Shown: positions 19,077 to 29,660, counted from the whole stretch's first letter. The stretch: DNA of 63,875 bases, filler included, from Actinomycetota bacterium (GCA_009886115.1; 5 parts of 5 records of this genome joined end to end with filler, not necessarily neighbours in it); one strand, 5' to 3'. Notes: generated by a model not told the origin, from the letters alone. Translations and numbers: made by a program.

Positions 19077-21406
19077 GCGCCATCACGACCCGCAAGGCCG
19101 GCCGTTTCATCGGCCAGTCGGTGGCCCGCAAGGAGGATCGGCGCCTCCTGACCGGTCACGGCCTGTACGTCGACGACGTGTCGTTGCCGGGAATGCTCCA
19201 TGCCGCCTTCCTGCGCAGCGACGTCGCCCGCGGAACGATCACCCGTCTCGATGTCGACGCGGCCCGTGCCCTCGACGGCGTCGTCGCCGTGTACACCTGG
19301 AGCGACCTTCACGGCACGTTCGGCGAGGCCTGGCACACCATGCTCGGCGAGGAGCTCCAGGTTCCGCCGCCGTTGGCCATCGGCGACGTGCGCCACGTCG
19401 GCGAGCCGATCGCGCTCGTCGTGGCCGAGAGCCGGTATCTCGCCGAGGACGCCATCGAGCTCATCGAGGTCGACATCGACGCGGGCCGGGCGGTCGTCGA
19501 CTTCAACACCGCTGCGGCCGACACCACGAACATCGTCCATCAGGCCTGGGGACTGACCTCGAACGCCATGGTCGAGGTGCCGTTCACGCCGCTCTCCCCC
19601 GACCTCGACGAGGTCTTCGCCAATGCGGCCCACGTCGTGGAGTGCACCGTCGAGCAGAACCGATATCTCTGCGTCCCCATGGAAGCGCGCGGAATCCTGG
19701 CGAGCTGGACCCCCGGGCGCGACGAGATGGACATCGTCGCGTCGTGCCAAGGCGTGCACGAGACCCGGATCTTCTTCAGCCGATACCTGCAGATCCCCGA
19801 GTCGAGCATCCGGGTGAGCGCCCGCGATGTCGGCGGGGGTTTCGGCCAGAAGATGTTCGTGTTCCGCGAGGAGTGCGCTGTGGTGCTGGCCTCGCGGATG
19901 CTGGGACGGCCCGTGAAATGGGTCGAGGACCGCCGCGAGAACCTCCTCGCAGCATCGCACTCCCGCAACGAGACGGGACGGGTGCGCCTGGCCATCGACG
20001 CCGACCTCACCATCTCGGCCATCACCGTCGACCACGTCGCCGACGTGGGCGCCTACCCGCCCTGCCCGGCGATCATCGACCCCATGCTCCTACCCGGTCC
20101 GTACAAGATCCCCCGCCTCGGGTTCTCGATGGCCATGGTGTGGACCAACACCATGGGGAAGGGCGCCTATCGCGGTCCGTGGATGTTCGAGACGACGGCC
20201 CGCGAGATGGCGATCGACCATGCCGCCCGGACGTTGGGCATCGATGCCGTCGAGCTCCGCCGCCGCAACCTGCTGGCAGCGTCCGACCTCCCCTTCACCT
20301 CGCCGGGCGGCAATCTCTTCAAGGAGATCACGCCGCTCGAGACGCTCGAGCACGCACTCACGATGCTCGACTACGACGCGTTCCGCCGTGAGCAGGTGCA
20401 AGCCCGGGCCGAGGGGCGGCTGCTCGGCCTCGGTGTGTGCGCTTACGTCGAACCCACGTCGATGGGCGTGCAGAGCCTGGCGTCGGAAGGCGCGACGGTC
20501 AGGGTCGAGACGAGCGGCAAGGTCATGGCCTTCCTGGGGACCACCTCGCACGGCCAGAGCATCGAGACCACCATGGCTCAGGTCGTGGCCGACACGCTCG
20601 GGGTCGAGTACGACGACGTGACCGTGGTGCAGGCCGAGACGCAGTCGACGCCGTACGGGCCGGGCACCGGCGGCAGCCGCACTGCGGTGATCGCCGGCGG
20701 AGCGGCCCGCGAGGCCACGTTGGCCGTACGCGACAAGGTGTTGGCGGTCGCGGCGCACGCCATGGAGGCCGCCGTCGACGATCTCGACATCGACGGTGGT
20801 TCGGTCTTCGTGCGGGGCACCCCGGTCAAGTCGATGACGATGGCCGAGGTGGCCAAGGCCGCGTACCGCAACGCCCACCTGCTCCCGCCCGAGGTCGGCT
20901 CGGGGCTCGAAGCCACCGTCCGCTTCCGGCCCAACACCTTTCCCACATGGTCGAACGCCACGCACCTGTGTGTCGTCGAGATCGACCGGGCGTCGTGCAT
21001 CGCCCGGGTCGTGCGCTACATCGTGTCGGAGGACTGCGGTCCGATGATCAACCCCACCGTGGTCGACGGGCAGATCTCGGGGGGCGTGGTGCAGGGCATC
21101 GGGGGCGTGCTGCTCGAGGACTTCGTGTACGACGGGGACGGGAACCCGCTGACGACGACGTTCGTCGACTACCTGCTCCCGACGACAACCGAGATACCGG
21201 TCGTCGAGATCGGCCACGTCGTCACCGAGTCGAGCACGAACCCGGGTGGTTTCAAGGGGATGGGCGAAGGCGGAGCGATCGGCGCCCACGCCGCCGTCGC
21301 CAACGCCGTCGGCGACGCGTTGGCCCACCTCGGGATCAACGTGCTCAAGACCCCCTTGGGCCCCAACGACATCCATCGCCTCCTCGTGGAGGCCGGCGCC
21401 GATTGA
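19073..21406 (+). CDS. Xanthine dehydrogenase family molybdopterin-binding subunit (CoxL-like, not a bona fide CO dehydrogenase)
   Basis: RKEDRRLLTG, VGGGFG, GAYRGPW, HGQ, GSR, QISGG..QG, KGMGEGG. ATGA overlap with the Fe-S gene. Confidence 0.92.
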   Translation: MSAITTRKAGRFIGQSVARKEDRRLLTGHGLYVDDVSLPGMLHAAFLRSDVARGTITRLDVDAARALDGVVAVYTWSDLHGTFGEAWHTMLGEELQVPPPLAIGDVRHVGEPIALVVAESRYLAEDAIELIEVDIDAGRAVVDFNTAAADTTNIVHQAWGLTSNAMVEVPFTPLSPDLDEVFANAAHVVECTVEQNRYLCVPMEARGILASWTPGRDEMDIVASCQGVHETRIFFSRYLQIPESSIRVSARDVGGGFGQKMFVFREECAVVLASRMLGRPVKWVEDRRENLLAASHSRNETGRVRLAIDADLTISAITVDHVADVGAYPPCPAIIDPMLLPGPYKIPRLGFSMAMVWTNTMGKGAYRGPWMFETTAREMAIDHAARTLGIDAVELRRRNLLAASDLPFTSPGGNLFKEITPLETLEHALTMLDYDAFRREQVQARAEGRLLGLGVCAYVEPTSMGVQSLASEGATVRVETSGKVMAFLGTTSHGQSIETTMAQVVADTLGVEYDDVTVVQAETQSTPYGPGTGGSRTAVIAGGAAREATLAVRDKVLAVAAHAMEAAVDDLDIDGGSVFVRGTPVKSMTMAEVAKAAYRNAHLLPPEVGSGLEATVRFRPNTFPTWSNATHLCVVEIDRASCIARVVRYIVSEDCGPMINPTVVDGQISGGVVQGIGGVLLEDFVYDGDGNPLTTTFVDYLLPTTTEIPVVEIGHVVTESSTNPGGFKGMGEGGAIGAHAAVANAVGDALAHLGINVLKTPLGPNDIHRLLVEAGAD

Positions 21407-21448
21407 CCGAGCGCGCTCGAGCGCGGACGGCGAGACCGTGGGCGTCCG

Positions 21449-22156
21449 TCAGAGGGGATCGGAGGAGGTCTGCCCGTCGTCGGAGACGTGCTCGGACCAC
21501 CGGGCGCCATCCCAGTAGCGCTGCTGATGACGGCCCGTGGGATCGGGGTGCCATGCGCCCGGGGCCGAAGCGGGCGCCGCCTCGGGTACGGCCGGAGCCG
21601 CCTCGGGCGCAGCCGCAGCGACGTGGGGAGCAGCGGGAGCACCCTGGGGAGTGGGTACCGACGTGGGGATGGGCGGCAGCGTCGACAAGACCGTGGTGAC
21701 CGAGCCCGGGTAGGCCGGCCGCGCGGGCGGCTGCGCGGGCTGCTGCGGGGGCTGCTGCGGGGGCTGCTGAAGCACCGGAGCCGCGCTCGGGAACGCCCCT
21801 GGACCTGGAGACAGCGCAGGACCCGGCGCGGGACCCGGCGCCCCTGGCACCTGTTCCACGGTGATCTTGCCCTTGAGGAACACCAGCCAGGGCGCCCGGT
21901 ACTTGACCCGGACGGCGGTGCCGGCCCAGACATCGACGACCGTCTCGTTGGCCATCATGCTCGTGAAGAAGAAGTACCGCGCGCTGATCTTCACGTGGTG
22001 GCGGCCGGGGGCGACCGGGAAACGCTGCGTGCCCCAGGGCACCTTCCCCTGATCGGCTCCGTCGATCACCATCAGGGTCTTGAAGAAATGAAACAGGAAG
22101 GCCAGCGGGAAGTACGACGTGTGGGTCTCGATGTAGCCGACGTTGGCGTTGTCCAT
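21449..22156 (-). CDS. DUF2510 domain-containing protein with Pro/Gln-rich linker
   Basis: C-terminal PGAWHPDPTGRHQQRYWDGARWSEHV; QQPP repeats. Confidence 0.82.
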   Translation of the reverse strand: MDNANVGYIETHTSYFPLAFLFHFFKTLMVIDGADQGKVPWGTQRFPVAPGRHHVKISARYFFFTSMMANETVVDVWAGTAVRVKYRAPWLVFLKGKITVEQVPGAPGPAPGPALSPGPGAFPSAAPVLQQPPQQPPQQPAQPPARPAYPGSVTTVLSTLPPIPTSVPTPQGAPAAPHVAAAAPEAAPAVPEAAPASAPGAWHPDPTGRHQQRYWDGARWSEHVSDDGQTSSDPL

Positions 22157-22271
22157 CCCGAGATGGTAGAGCGCGCGCCACCGACCCGCTCGCGCCCCGG
22201 TCGACGATCGACGGTCGACCGTCAGCCGTGATGCAGGAACCGGCTCAGGGTGCAGGCGGCGTCGGAGGAGC

Positions 22272-22736
22272 TCAGCCGGGCCGGCGCCTCATCAGCGCGC
22301 TGCGGCGACAACGCGCCACGAGCTCGTCGCGCTGGTTGGCGCCCCGGTGCTGGAACACCACGATCCCCGCGTCGGGACGCGACGACGACGGTCGCGCCGA
22401 GATCACCTCGGTCTCGGCCCAGAGGGTGTCACCGGCGATCACCGGCTTGGGGAACGCGATCTCGTCGAAGCCCAGGTTGGCGATCGTGGTTCCGAGAGTC
22501 GTCTCGTACACGGTCATCCCGACCAACAGCCCCAGGGTGAAGAGGCTGTTGACGATCCGGGTGCCGAACTCGGTCTGCGATGCGAACTCCTCGTCGAGGT
22601 GCAGCGGCTGGGGGTTCATCGTGAGGCACGTGAACAGCGTGTTGTCGGCCTCGGTGACGGTCCGGGTGATGGCGTGCTCGATCACCAGCCCGGGCGTCAG
22701 CTCCTCGAACCACTTCCCCGAGACTGCTCGTCGCAT
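22272..22736 (-). CDS. MaoC family dehydratase
   Basis: [34 protein letters not shown]. Confidence 0.9.
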   Translation of the reverse strand: MRRAVSGKWFEELTPGLVIEHAITRTVTEADNTLFTCLTMNPQPLHLDEEFASQTEFGTRIVNSLFTLGLLVGMTVYETTLGTTIANLGFDEIAFPKPVIAGDTLWAETEVISARPSSSRPDAGIVVFQHRGANQRDELVARCRRSALMRRRPG

Positions 22737-22780
22737 CGTCGTGCTCCTGTTCGGTGCTCGATCCCGGGGACCCGTCCGGT

Positions 22781-23662
22781 TCAGACCGTATCCTCGCGGC
22801 GGACCCGGTTCCCCAGCCAAGCCTCCTGCGCAGTCGAGGCCACGATGACGCCATCGCGTGCGCGGATCTCGCCCCTGGCGAAGACCCGGTGATCTCCCAT
22901 GGCCATGGGCTCGACCGACACGTGGAGCCAGTCGTCGAGTCGGCAGGGACGATGGAACCACACCGCGTGGTCGAGCGTGACGCTGCCGAACCGATCGCCG
23001 AGGCGAGTATCCGGCGGCAGCGCCGACCCGCTCATCCCGACATCGGTCACGTAGGCCAGCGCCGCCGCATGGAGGTGCGGGTCGTCGGGAAGCCCGCCGC
23101 GATGGCGGATCCAGAAGGGGTGGAAGGTCTGGGCTCGACCGGTCGTCGTGTCGTCGGTACCAGCGCGGACGTCGAAGTGCCGGGCGAACGCCGGGAAGCT
23201 GGCGACGGGCGTCCCGACCGGCGCAGCCTCGGGCTCGACGCCCAGACCGGGCGATGGGGCCCTCGACCACGCCCGGGCGCCCGGAGCGCTGCCCGGAGCA
23301 TCGTCGTGAGCGCCGTCGGGAGCGCCCGTCGGCACCGCCGCCCGGAACGACACGTCGGCAAGCAGGAGGATGCGGTCCTGTTGCACCACACGGACCAGGC
23401 GACTCGCGAACGAGCGCCCGTCCCTCACCGTCTCGACGACGATCTCGACCTCCTCGTCGATCACTCCCCCTTGGGGGAAACGGCCGTGGAGCGCATGGAC
23501 GACCGCCCCGTCATCGACCGTCGTCGATGCCGCCGTGACCGCCTCGGCGAGCAGGAACCCGCCAGGGAGCAGGGAGCCGGTGGGGGCCGGCACGCGGGCG
23601 ACGAAGCGGCCGGGCTCGCGCTCGACGTGGGGGAACTCGGCGAAGAAGCTCGCCGGGGTCAC
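22781..23662 (-). CDS. Acyl-CoA thioesterase II (TesB-like)
   Basis: [37 protein letters not shown] overlap with the upstream gene. Confidence 0.85.
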   Translation of the reverse strand: MTPASFFAEFPHVEREPGRFVARVPAPTGSLLPGGFLLAEAVTAASTTVDDGAVVHALHGRFPQGGVIDEEVEIVVETVRDGRSFASRLVRVVQQDRILLLADVSFRAAVPTGAPDGAHDDAPGSAPGARAWSRAPSPGLGVEPEAAPVGTPVASFPAFARHFDVRAGTDDTTTGRAQTFHPFWIRHRGGLPDDPHLHAAALAYVTDVGMSGSALPPDTRLGDRFGSVTLDHAVWFHRPCRLDDWLHVSVEPMAMGDHRVFARGEIRARDGVIVASTAQEAWLGNRVRREDTV

Positions 23663-25821
23663 CGCTGGAGAGGGTCTCGGGGGAGACCGAGGATCCGTTC
23701 TCCGATGAGCGACCGCACGATCTCGGACGTCCCACCCGCGATGGTGAGGCACCGGGCGAACATGTAGTCGCGGGCCAGGTGACCCGCTGAGCCATCGACG
23801 GCGGCCACGCCCGCGATCTCCATCGCCAGCTCGGTGACCCTCTGGGAATGCTCGGCCGAGAGGAGCTTGGTGATGTTGCCTTCGGGTCCCGGGGGACCGC
23901 CGGAGATGGCCCGGGTGATCTGGCGGAGGTTGAGCAGCCGCATCGACTGCCGCTCGGCGATGAGCACGCCGATGCGACCGAACAGCGATCGGTCGTCGGG
24001 AGCGTGGTTCGCGGCCAGGTCGAGGAGGTCGACGGCCTCGGTGACGCCCAGGGTGTTGCGATTCCCGCCGATCGACACGCGCTCGTTGCCCAGCGTCGCG
24101 CGGGCGACGGTCCAGCCCGCGTTGACCTGGCCGACCACGTCGTCGTCTGACACGAACACGTCGTCGAAGAACACCTCGTTGAACAGCGTCTCGCCGGTGA
24201 TCTCCCTGAGCGGGCGTACCTCGACACCCTGCGCCTTCATGTCGATCGCCAGCATCGTGACCCCGGCGTGCTTGGCCGCGTCGGGGTCGGTGCGCACCGT
24301 GGCCAGGCCGCGGTTCGACGTGTGCGCGTCGCTCGTCCAGACCTTTTGGCCATTCACCAGCCAGCCCCCGTCGACGCGCGTCGCCCGGGTGGAGATGGCC
24401 GCTGCGTCGGAGCCCGCTCCGGGCTCGCTGAAGAGCTGGCACCACCGGAGCGTCCCGTCGAGGCTCGGGCGGATCCAGCGCTCGATCTGACCCGGCGTGC
24501 CGTGCTGCACCAGCGTCAGCACGACCCACGTGCCGATCCCCATGTCGAGCCCAGGCAGGTCGCCGAGCTCCTCGTCGATCACGAGCTGCTCGACCACGCT
24601 GGCTCCACGCCCCCACGGCTGCGGCCAATGGGGCACCGCATATCCCGACTCGACGAACGCCGTCCTGCGGTCGCCCACCGGAAGGGCGTCGTAGCGCTGC
24701 CGGAACGCCTGCGCCTCGGCCCGATGCTCCTCGGCCTCGGCAGGGAGGTCGACGGCGTCGGGTCGGCGAACGCCAGCAGCGACAAGGGTCGCGACATCGG
24801 CAGCGGCCGGCCCTCGTCCTCCGAACAGCGCGGCGACCGAAGCGGCCCGACGTAGGTACAGGTGCGCGTCGTGCTCCCAGGTGTAGCCGATGCCGCCATG
24901 GATCTGGATGTTGACCCGAGCACAGCGCTCAGATGCCGGCAGGGCTTGGGCCACGGCAGTGGCCGCGGCCAGCGCGAACACGTCGGCGTCGGCGCGAGGG
25001 TCCATCCGGGCGGCGTCCCATGCGGCCGCAGCAGCCAGCTCGGTGTCGACGAGCATCTCCGCGCAGTGGTGCTTCACGGCCTGGAACGAGCCGATCGGAC
25101 GGCCGAACTGCACGCGGGTCTTGGCGTACTCGACAGCCATCTCGGTACATGCCCGCGCCGCACCAGCGGCCTCGGCGGCCGCCAGGACGCCCCCGACGTG
25201 GCGGGCCATCGACGCCGCACCGCGCAACACCCGGGTTTCGTCGACAACGACGCCGGCGCAGCGCACCCGCCCGAGCCGCCGGGTCGGGTCGAGCGACTCG
25301 GTGGCCTCCACCGACACCCCGCTCGCTTGAGCCTCGATCACGATCATGTCGTCGCCGACGGCCAGCACCAGCACGTCGGCCATCGTCGAGCCCAGCACCT
25401 CGATGGTTCCGTGCAGGGTGGCGTCCGCGGCCCGTTCGAGCCCGCGGCCGGTTCCCGCGGCGCCGATCCGGGAGCCGTCGGCCAGGGTCGGCAGCACGAC
25501 CGCCCGGAGCTCGTCGGACCCGGCGAGGTCGACGACCGTCGAGGCCCACACCGTCGCCAGGAAGGGTCCCGGGGCCACGACCCTGCCCATCTCCTCGAGC
25601 ACGATCGCCAGCTCCAGCATGGTGTAGCCCTGTCCGCCGACGGCTTCGGGCAGGTGCAGTCCCGTCCAGCCCAGAGCGCACAGCTCGGCCCAGAAGGCGG
25701 GCAGGCCGGTCTCGCCGTTCAGGGCCGCTCGTGCCTCGGCCCTCGCTCCGCGGTCGTCGAGGAACGATCGGGCGACCTCACCGAGCGTGCGGTGCTCGTC
25801 GTTCAGAGCCAATGACGACAT
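23659..25821 (-). CDS. Fused two-domain acyl-CoA dehydrogenase (FadE34/ChsE3-like architecture)
   Basis: 720 aa. N-half RVQFGRPIGSFQAVKH and HGGIGYTWEH; C-half WCQLFSEPGAGSD, GQKVWTS, IAGGTSEI. Confidence 0.9.
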   Translation of the reverse strand: MSSLALNDEHRTLGEVARSFLDDRGARAEARAALNGETGLPAFWAELCALGWTGLHLPEAVGGQGYTMLELAIVLEEMGRVVAPGPFLATVWASTVVDLAGSDELRAVVLPTLADGSRIGAAGTGRGLERAADATLHGTIEVLGSTMADVLVLAVGDDMIVIEAQASGVSVEATESLDPTRRLGRVRCAGVVVDETRVLRGAASMARHVGGVLAAAEAAGAARACTEMAVEYAKTRVQFGRPIGSFQAVKHHCAEMLVDTELAAAAAWDAARMDPRADADVFALAAATAVAQALPASERCARVNIQIHGGIGYTWEHDAHLYLRRAASVAALFGGRGPAAADVATLVAAGVRRPDAVDLPAEAEEHRAEAQAFRQRYDALPVGDRRTAFVESGYAVPHWPQPWGRGASVVEQLVIDEELGDLPGLDMGIGTWVVLTLVQHGTPGQIERWIRPSLDGTLRWCQLFSEPGAGSDAAAISTRATRVDGGWLVNGQKVWTSDAHTSNRGLATVRTDPDAAKHAGVTMLAIDMKAQGVEVRPLREITGETLFNEVFFDDVFVSDDDVVGQVNAGWTVARATLGNERVSIGGNRNTLGVTEAVDLLDLAANHAPDDRSLFGRIGVLIAERQSMRLLNLRQITRAISGGPPGPEGNITKLLSAEHSQRVTELAMEIAGVAAVDGSAGHLARDYMFARCLTIAGGTSEIVRSLIGERILGLPRDPLQR

Positions 25822-25863
25822 GGATGTGTCTCCTCGTGTGAACGGGTGGACCCCGGTGAACCG

Positions 25864-26193
25864 TCACGTACCTTCGGTGCTATCGCCGCCCGTCATCTGA
25901 CGAGGCATGGCTCCTCGTTCGACCATGCGTTGGCGCAATGCCATGGCGTCACTGGTCTTCTCGGTGACCGACATGACGTCGGCCGAGAGCTGGAGGTGTT
26001 GGCGCATGCCCATCTGCTCCCAGGCTCGCACCAGCAAAGACTTGGTGGCCATGAGCGTCGACAGCGGCGCCTGGGCGACCTGGCGCACCATGGCTTCGGA
26101 TTGGGCGTTGGCCTTCTCGGGCCAGTTGAGCACGATCCGAGCGATCGGCGGCTCGCGCTGGTACAGAACGACACCAAGATCTCGCTGCTGCAC
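25864..26193 (-). pseudogene. Enoyl-CoA hydratase-like gene with large in-frame internal deletion
   Basis: N-terminal VLYQREPPIARIVLNWPEKANAQ is joined directly to C-terminal-like AQAPLSTLMATKSLLVRAWEQMG. About 109 aa; no AGAD or GGG core. Confidence 0.7.
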
Positions 26194-26327
26194 CCTGACC
26201 TCCCCTCGATCGACACCCCGGGACCCCGGCTGGCAGCCTGTCAGACGCATCGGTCGCCAGTGGAATGCGGTCGGCCACCCCAGACCGGGACGGCTGCCGG
26301 TCGAGACCCGAGCATCGGAGAACTGAC

Positions 26328-28031
26328 ATGGCGTTTGTGGAGCGACAGCGGGGTGGGCGGCACATGGCGCTCATGGGCGAGCGGTTCCTCGCATCGGGGT
26401 GGACGCCCGTCGCCCAGCTCGACGAGATCGCGCCCGGTCGGGGGATCGTGGTGATCGTGAACGGAGCCGAGATCGCGCTCATGCGAGACGGGGCCGACCC
26501 CATCCCCAGCACTGGCACTGGGACTGGCACTGGCCACGTTCACGATGCGGTCTACGCGCTCAGCAACCTGTGCCCCCACCGCGGCGGGCAGCTGGGCGAC
26601 GGGCGGGTGCACGACGGACGAGTGATCTGCCCGTTGCACGCCTGGGATTTCGACCTGCGGACGGGCATCTCGCCGTTCAACCCGCTCGACAGCGTCGCCA
26701 CGTACCCGTGTCGCGTCACGGCCGGCGGGGCGGTCGAGATCGACGCCGATGCCGTGTCCGAGCAGCCGCCCCGACCCTCCGGGTACCTCTCCACCTGGGC
26801 TCGGCGCGGCGCGACCGACCGGGGGATGTACCTCGTTCACCATCTCGCCAGCGGCGCTGGTCCGTTCGTGGAGGCAATGGGATCCGAACGCAACGAGCAG
26901 GTGTCGTCGCACGGTCGGAGCTTCCCCTCGTACGCCGATCTCGTGTTCCGCCCCGCCCAGCTGGCCCGGCTCCCGCTGCTCGGCGACGTGCCCGTCGACA
27001 CCTCGGTCGTGCTCGGCACCCGGGCAGCCCGTCCCCTGCGCCTGGCCATCCCGCTCTTCGTCAGCCACATGTCGTACGGCGCGCTGTCGCCCGAGGCCAA
27101 GGAGGCCTTGGCGAAGGGGGCCACGGCGGCCGGGACCGCCATCGCGTCGGGCGAGGGCGGTTCACACCCCCGGGAACGCGAGCATGCGACCCGTTACATC
27201 TTCGAGATGGCGTCGGGCTATTTCGGTTGGATCCCCGACGTGATCAACGCAGCGCACGCGATCGAGGTCAAGATCGGCCAGGGAGCCAAGCCGGGCTTGG
27301 GGGGAACGCTCCTCGGTCCCAAGGTGACGCCCGAGATCGCCGAGGTGCGCGGCGTGCCGGCGTTCCACGACGTCCACTCACCAGCGCACTTCCCCGACAT
27401 CAACTCGGTCGCCGATCTTGCCCGGCGGGTGGCCGAGATCAAGGAGGTCACCGGCGGCGTCCCGGTTGGGATCAAGCTGGCCTCGGGGCACGTCGAGCAC
27501 GATGTGGCCGCCGCGCTCGAGGCCGGGGCCGACTGGATCACGATCGACGGTCTGGGCGGCGGGACCGGCGCGGCCCCCGTCCACGTGAAGGACCACGTCG
27601 GCCTCCCGTCGATGTTCGGGCTCTGGCGAGCCAAGACCTTCCTCGAACGCCAAGGCGTGCACGACGTCCAACTCATCGCCGCCGGGGGCTTCCGGACGCC
27701 CGACGAGATGGCCAAGGCACTGGCCCTGGGCGCCGATGCGGTGGCGCTGGCGACCACCTCGCTGATGGCGATCGGGTGCCAGCAGTACCGGGCCTGTCAT
27801 TCCGGTGGATGTCCGGTCGGGATCGCCACGCAGGATCCGGTGCTTCGCGACCGGCTCGACATCACCGAGTCGGCGGCCCGCTTGGAGCAGTTCCTCACCC
27901 GGGCCACGGCGATGATGGTCGACTACGCGCGAATCTGCGGCCGCGACCGGCTGGCAGATCTCGAGCGCTCCGACCTGGCGTCGCTCGATCCCGAGATCAG
28001 CCGCCGCACCGACATCGAGTGGCTCGCCTGA
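26328..28031 (+). CDS. Rieske [2Fe-2S] domain fused to FMN-binding glutamate synthase-family domain
   Basis: CPHRGG...CPLHAW Rieske motifs; [55 protein letters not shown] before ATG 26328. Confidence 0.88.
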   Translation: MAFVERQRGGRHMALMGERFLASGWTPVAQLDEIAPGRGIVVIVNGAEIALMRDGADPIPSTGTGTGTGHVHDAVYALSNLCPHRGGQLGDGRVHDGRVICPLHAWDFDLRTGISPFNPLDSVATYPCRVTAGGAVEIDADAVSEQPPRPSGYLSTWARRGATDRGMYLVHHLASGAGPFVEAMGSERNEQVSSHGRSFPSYADLVFRPAQLARLPLLGDVPVDTSVVLGTRAARPLRLAIPLFVSHMSYGALSPEAKEALAKGATAAGTAIASGEGGSHPREREHATRYIFEMASGYFGWIPDVINAAHAIEVKIGQGAKPGLGGTLLGPKVTPEIAEVRGVPAFHDVHSPAHFPDINSVADLARRVAEIKEVTGGVPVGIKLASGHVEHDVAAALEAGADWITIDGLGGGTGAAPVHVKDHVGLPSMFGLWRAKTFLERQGVHDVQLIAAGGFRTPDEMAKALALGADAVALATTSLMAIGCQQYRACHSGGCPVGIATQDPVLRDRLDITESAARLEQFLTRATAMMVDYARICGRDRLADLERSDLASLDPEISRRTDIEWLA

Positions 28032-28063
28032 GCTCCGGTACGCGGTTCGCGGTCGGCCGACAC

Positions 28064-29134
28064 TCAACCCTGGAGCGGGATCTCCACCGTGGTCTCACTC
28101 TTCAGCGCGCCTCGACCCGACTGCGATGAGGCGCCTCCCCCAGGCGCGCCCGGCGCGCCGGGCTTGCGTCGCTTGTGTCGCTCCGACCTGAGCACCCAGG
28201 CGGCCGACAGGGCGAGGAGCGCGCCAATCCCCGCCACGGCCCACGCCATCGCGGCCAAGGGGAGCGGTTGCACGTCGGCGATGTCGGCGTAGTGCTCCTC
28301 GCGGAAGGCCACGTCGAGCTCGAGCCGATCGAGCGTCGGCTGTACCTCGGGGAGAGCGGCCGCCAGGTCAGGGAAGCGCTGCCCGAGATCGATGACGAAC
28401 TGCTCGGTCGAGAGCCCGCGGGCTCGAGCGAGGTCGGGCACGAACGATCCGATCAGCTCGCCTGCGAAGGCGGCCGTCACCTCGAACTGGTCACGAGTCT
28501 TGATCGCCGAGGCCTCGGTGGCAGTGAGCGCATCGAGCAGGTCTTGCGCCTGGGCCGACTTCTGCGGGACCTGCAACGCCAACTGCCCCACGACCAGCGC
28601 GACGCCGAGCACTCCAACCGCCACCACCGGCCAACGTGACGGCAGCCGAGTGCACGCAATCCCGGCCCCGATCACCACCAGTGACACAGCAACCAGCGCC
28701 CAGGGCAGCACGGTCATCGGGACACCCGGCGCCGGGAGGTTGTCGGCCGCTTCGAAGTCGTCCTGGTGGGCTTCAAGATTCTCGACCGTCTTCTGGAACG
28801 CTTCCGAGATCTCGTCGACCCGGTCGAGCATGACGCCGATCGCCGGATAGTCGCGCGTGACCACCAGCTCGAACTCGACCGGCGTGAGACCGACTTCCGC
28901 CCCAAGCGACGGGAAGACCTCCGTGACCGACTGGTCGAACACCAGGTCGAGCTGGTCGAGTTGACGCCGCAGCTCGACGATGCCTTCCCGGCCCACCGTC
29001 GGCCGGGCGTCGTCGACAAGCTCCTGGCCGGTCGCCGCCCGTCCGAACGCGTCGAACGCGACGAGCCCGCCCAGCTGGACCAGACCAAGGATTCCGAGCA
29101 CCCACCCGAGCTGGACTCGCTTCGATCGCCGCAT
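28064..29134 (-). CDS. Hypothetical membrane protein with two similar extracytoplasmic halves
   Basis: About 4 hydrophobic segments with good GC3 bias. Halves share a ..YPAI/..FPDL and ..LP..LPW/MAW pattern. Confidence 0.65.
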   Translation of the reverse strand: MRRSKRVQLGWVLGILGLVQLGGLVAFDAFGRAATGQELVDDARPTVGREGIVELRRQLDQLDLVFDQSVTEVFPSLGAEVGLTPVEFELVVTRDYPAIGVMLDRVDEISEAFQKTVENLEAHQDDFEAADNLPAPGVPMTVLPWALVAVSLVVIGAGIACTRLPSRWPVVAVGVLGVALVVGQLALQVPQKSAQAQDLLDALTATEASAIKTRDQFEVTAAFAGELIGSFVPDLARARGLSTEQFVIDLGQRFPDLAAALPEVQPTLDRLELDVAFREEHYADIADVQPLPLAAMAWAVAGIGALLALSAAWVLRSERHKRRKPGAPGAPGGGASSQSGRGALKSETTVEIPLQG

Positions 29135-29355
29135 GGCCCCACTTTGCCATTCCCACTCGAGTACCGCGTCGATCAACGACCGGTCGAGTGCCGAGGGTTA
29201 CGGGCGCCGGGTGCGCGGCGTTCACGAGGGCCTCGGCCCACCACCACGAACCCTCACCGCGGCGCCATCTCCACGGTCGGAGATCCACCCCGATCGTTCA
29301 CGGACGGCCCGTACGTTCGCTCCGTCAGCTTGAAAAGAGGAAAGGGAGGAAGTTC

Positions 29356-29660
29356 ACGAAGCACACCGGGATCACCGGGCTGCGGAGCCCCGACAACTAC
29401 GCCCAGGGTCCCGACGGACGGCTCTGGATCATCGAGGACAACAGCTACAGCGAGATCTGGGTGGCGAGCGAAGGCGAATCCGATGACGACTCCGACTCCG
29501 ACGGCACGGCCGACACGGTCGAGCTGTTCGCGTCGCGCAAGGACGTCGGCGCCGAGGGAACGGGCATCTACTTCGGCAAGGACGACCGCACCCTGTTCGT
29601 CAACATCCAGCACGCCGACAAGCCGCTGGCCGACGGCACCTGGATCATCACCAACCGTCG
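29356..29660 (+). pseudogene. C-terminal remnant of a PhoX-like alkaline phosphatase
   Basis: SPDN, LWIIED, AEGTG, LFVNIQH are PhoX C-terminal motifs. There is no intact N-terminal part; RBS GGGAGG is followed by an in-frame ACG. Confidence 0.7.

Noticed and set aside
17723..21406. coxMSL as aerobic CO dehydrogenase
   Set aside because: The large subunit lacks AYxCSFR (it has AYRGPW) and no coxDEFG genes are adjacent.
26229..26246. GGCAGCCTGTCAGA as a third copy of the TGAC-N6-GTCA operator
   Set aside because: Only one half-site matches and the spacing differs; too weak without a genome-wide model.
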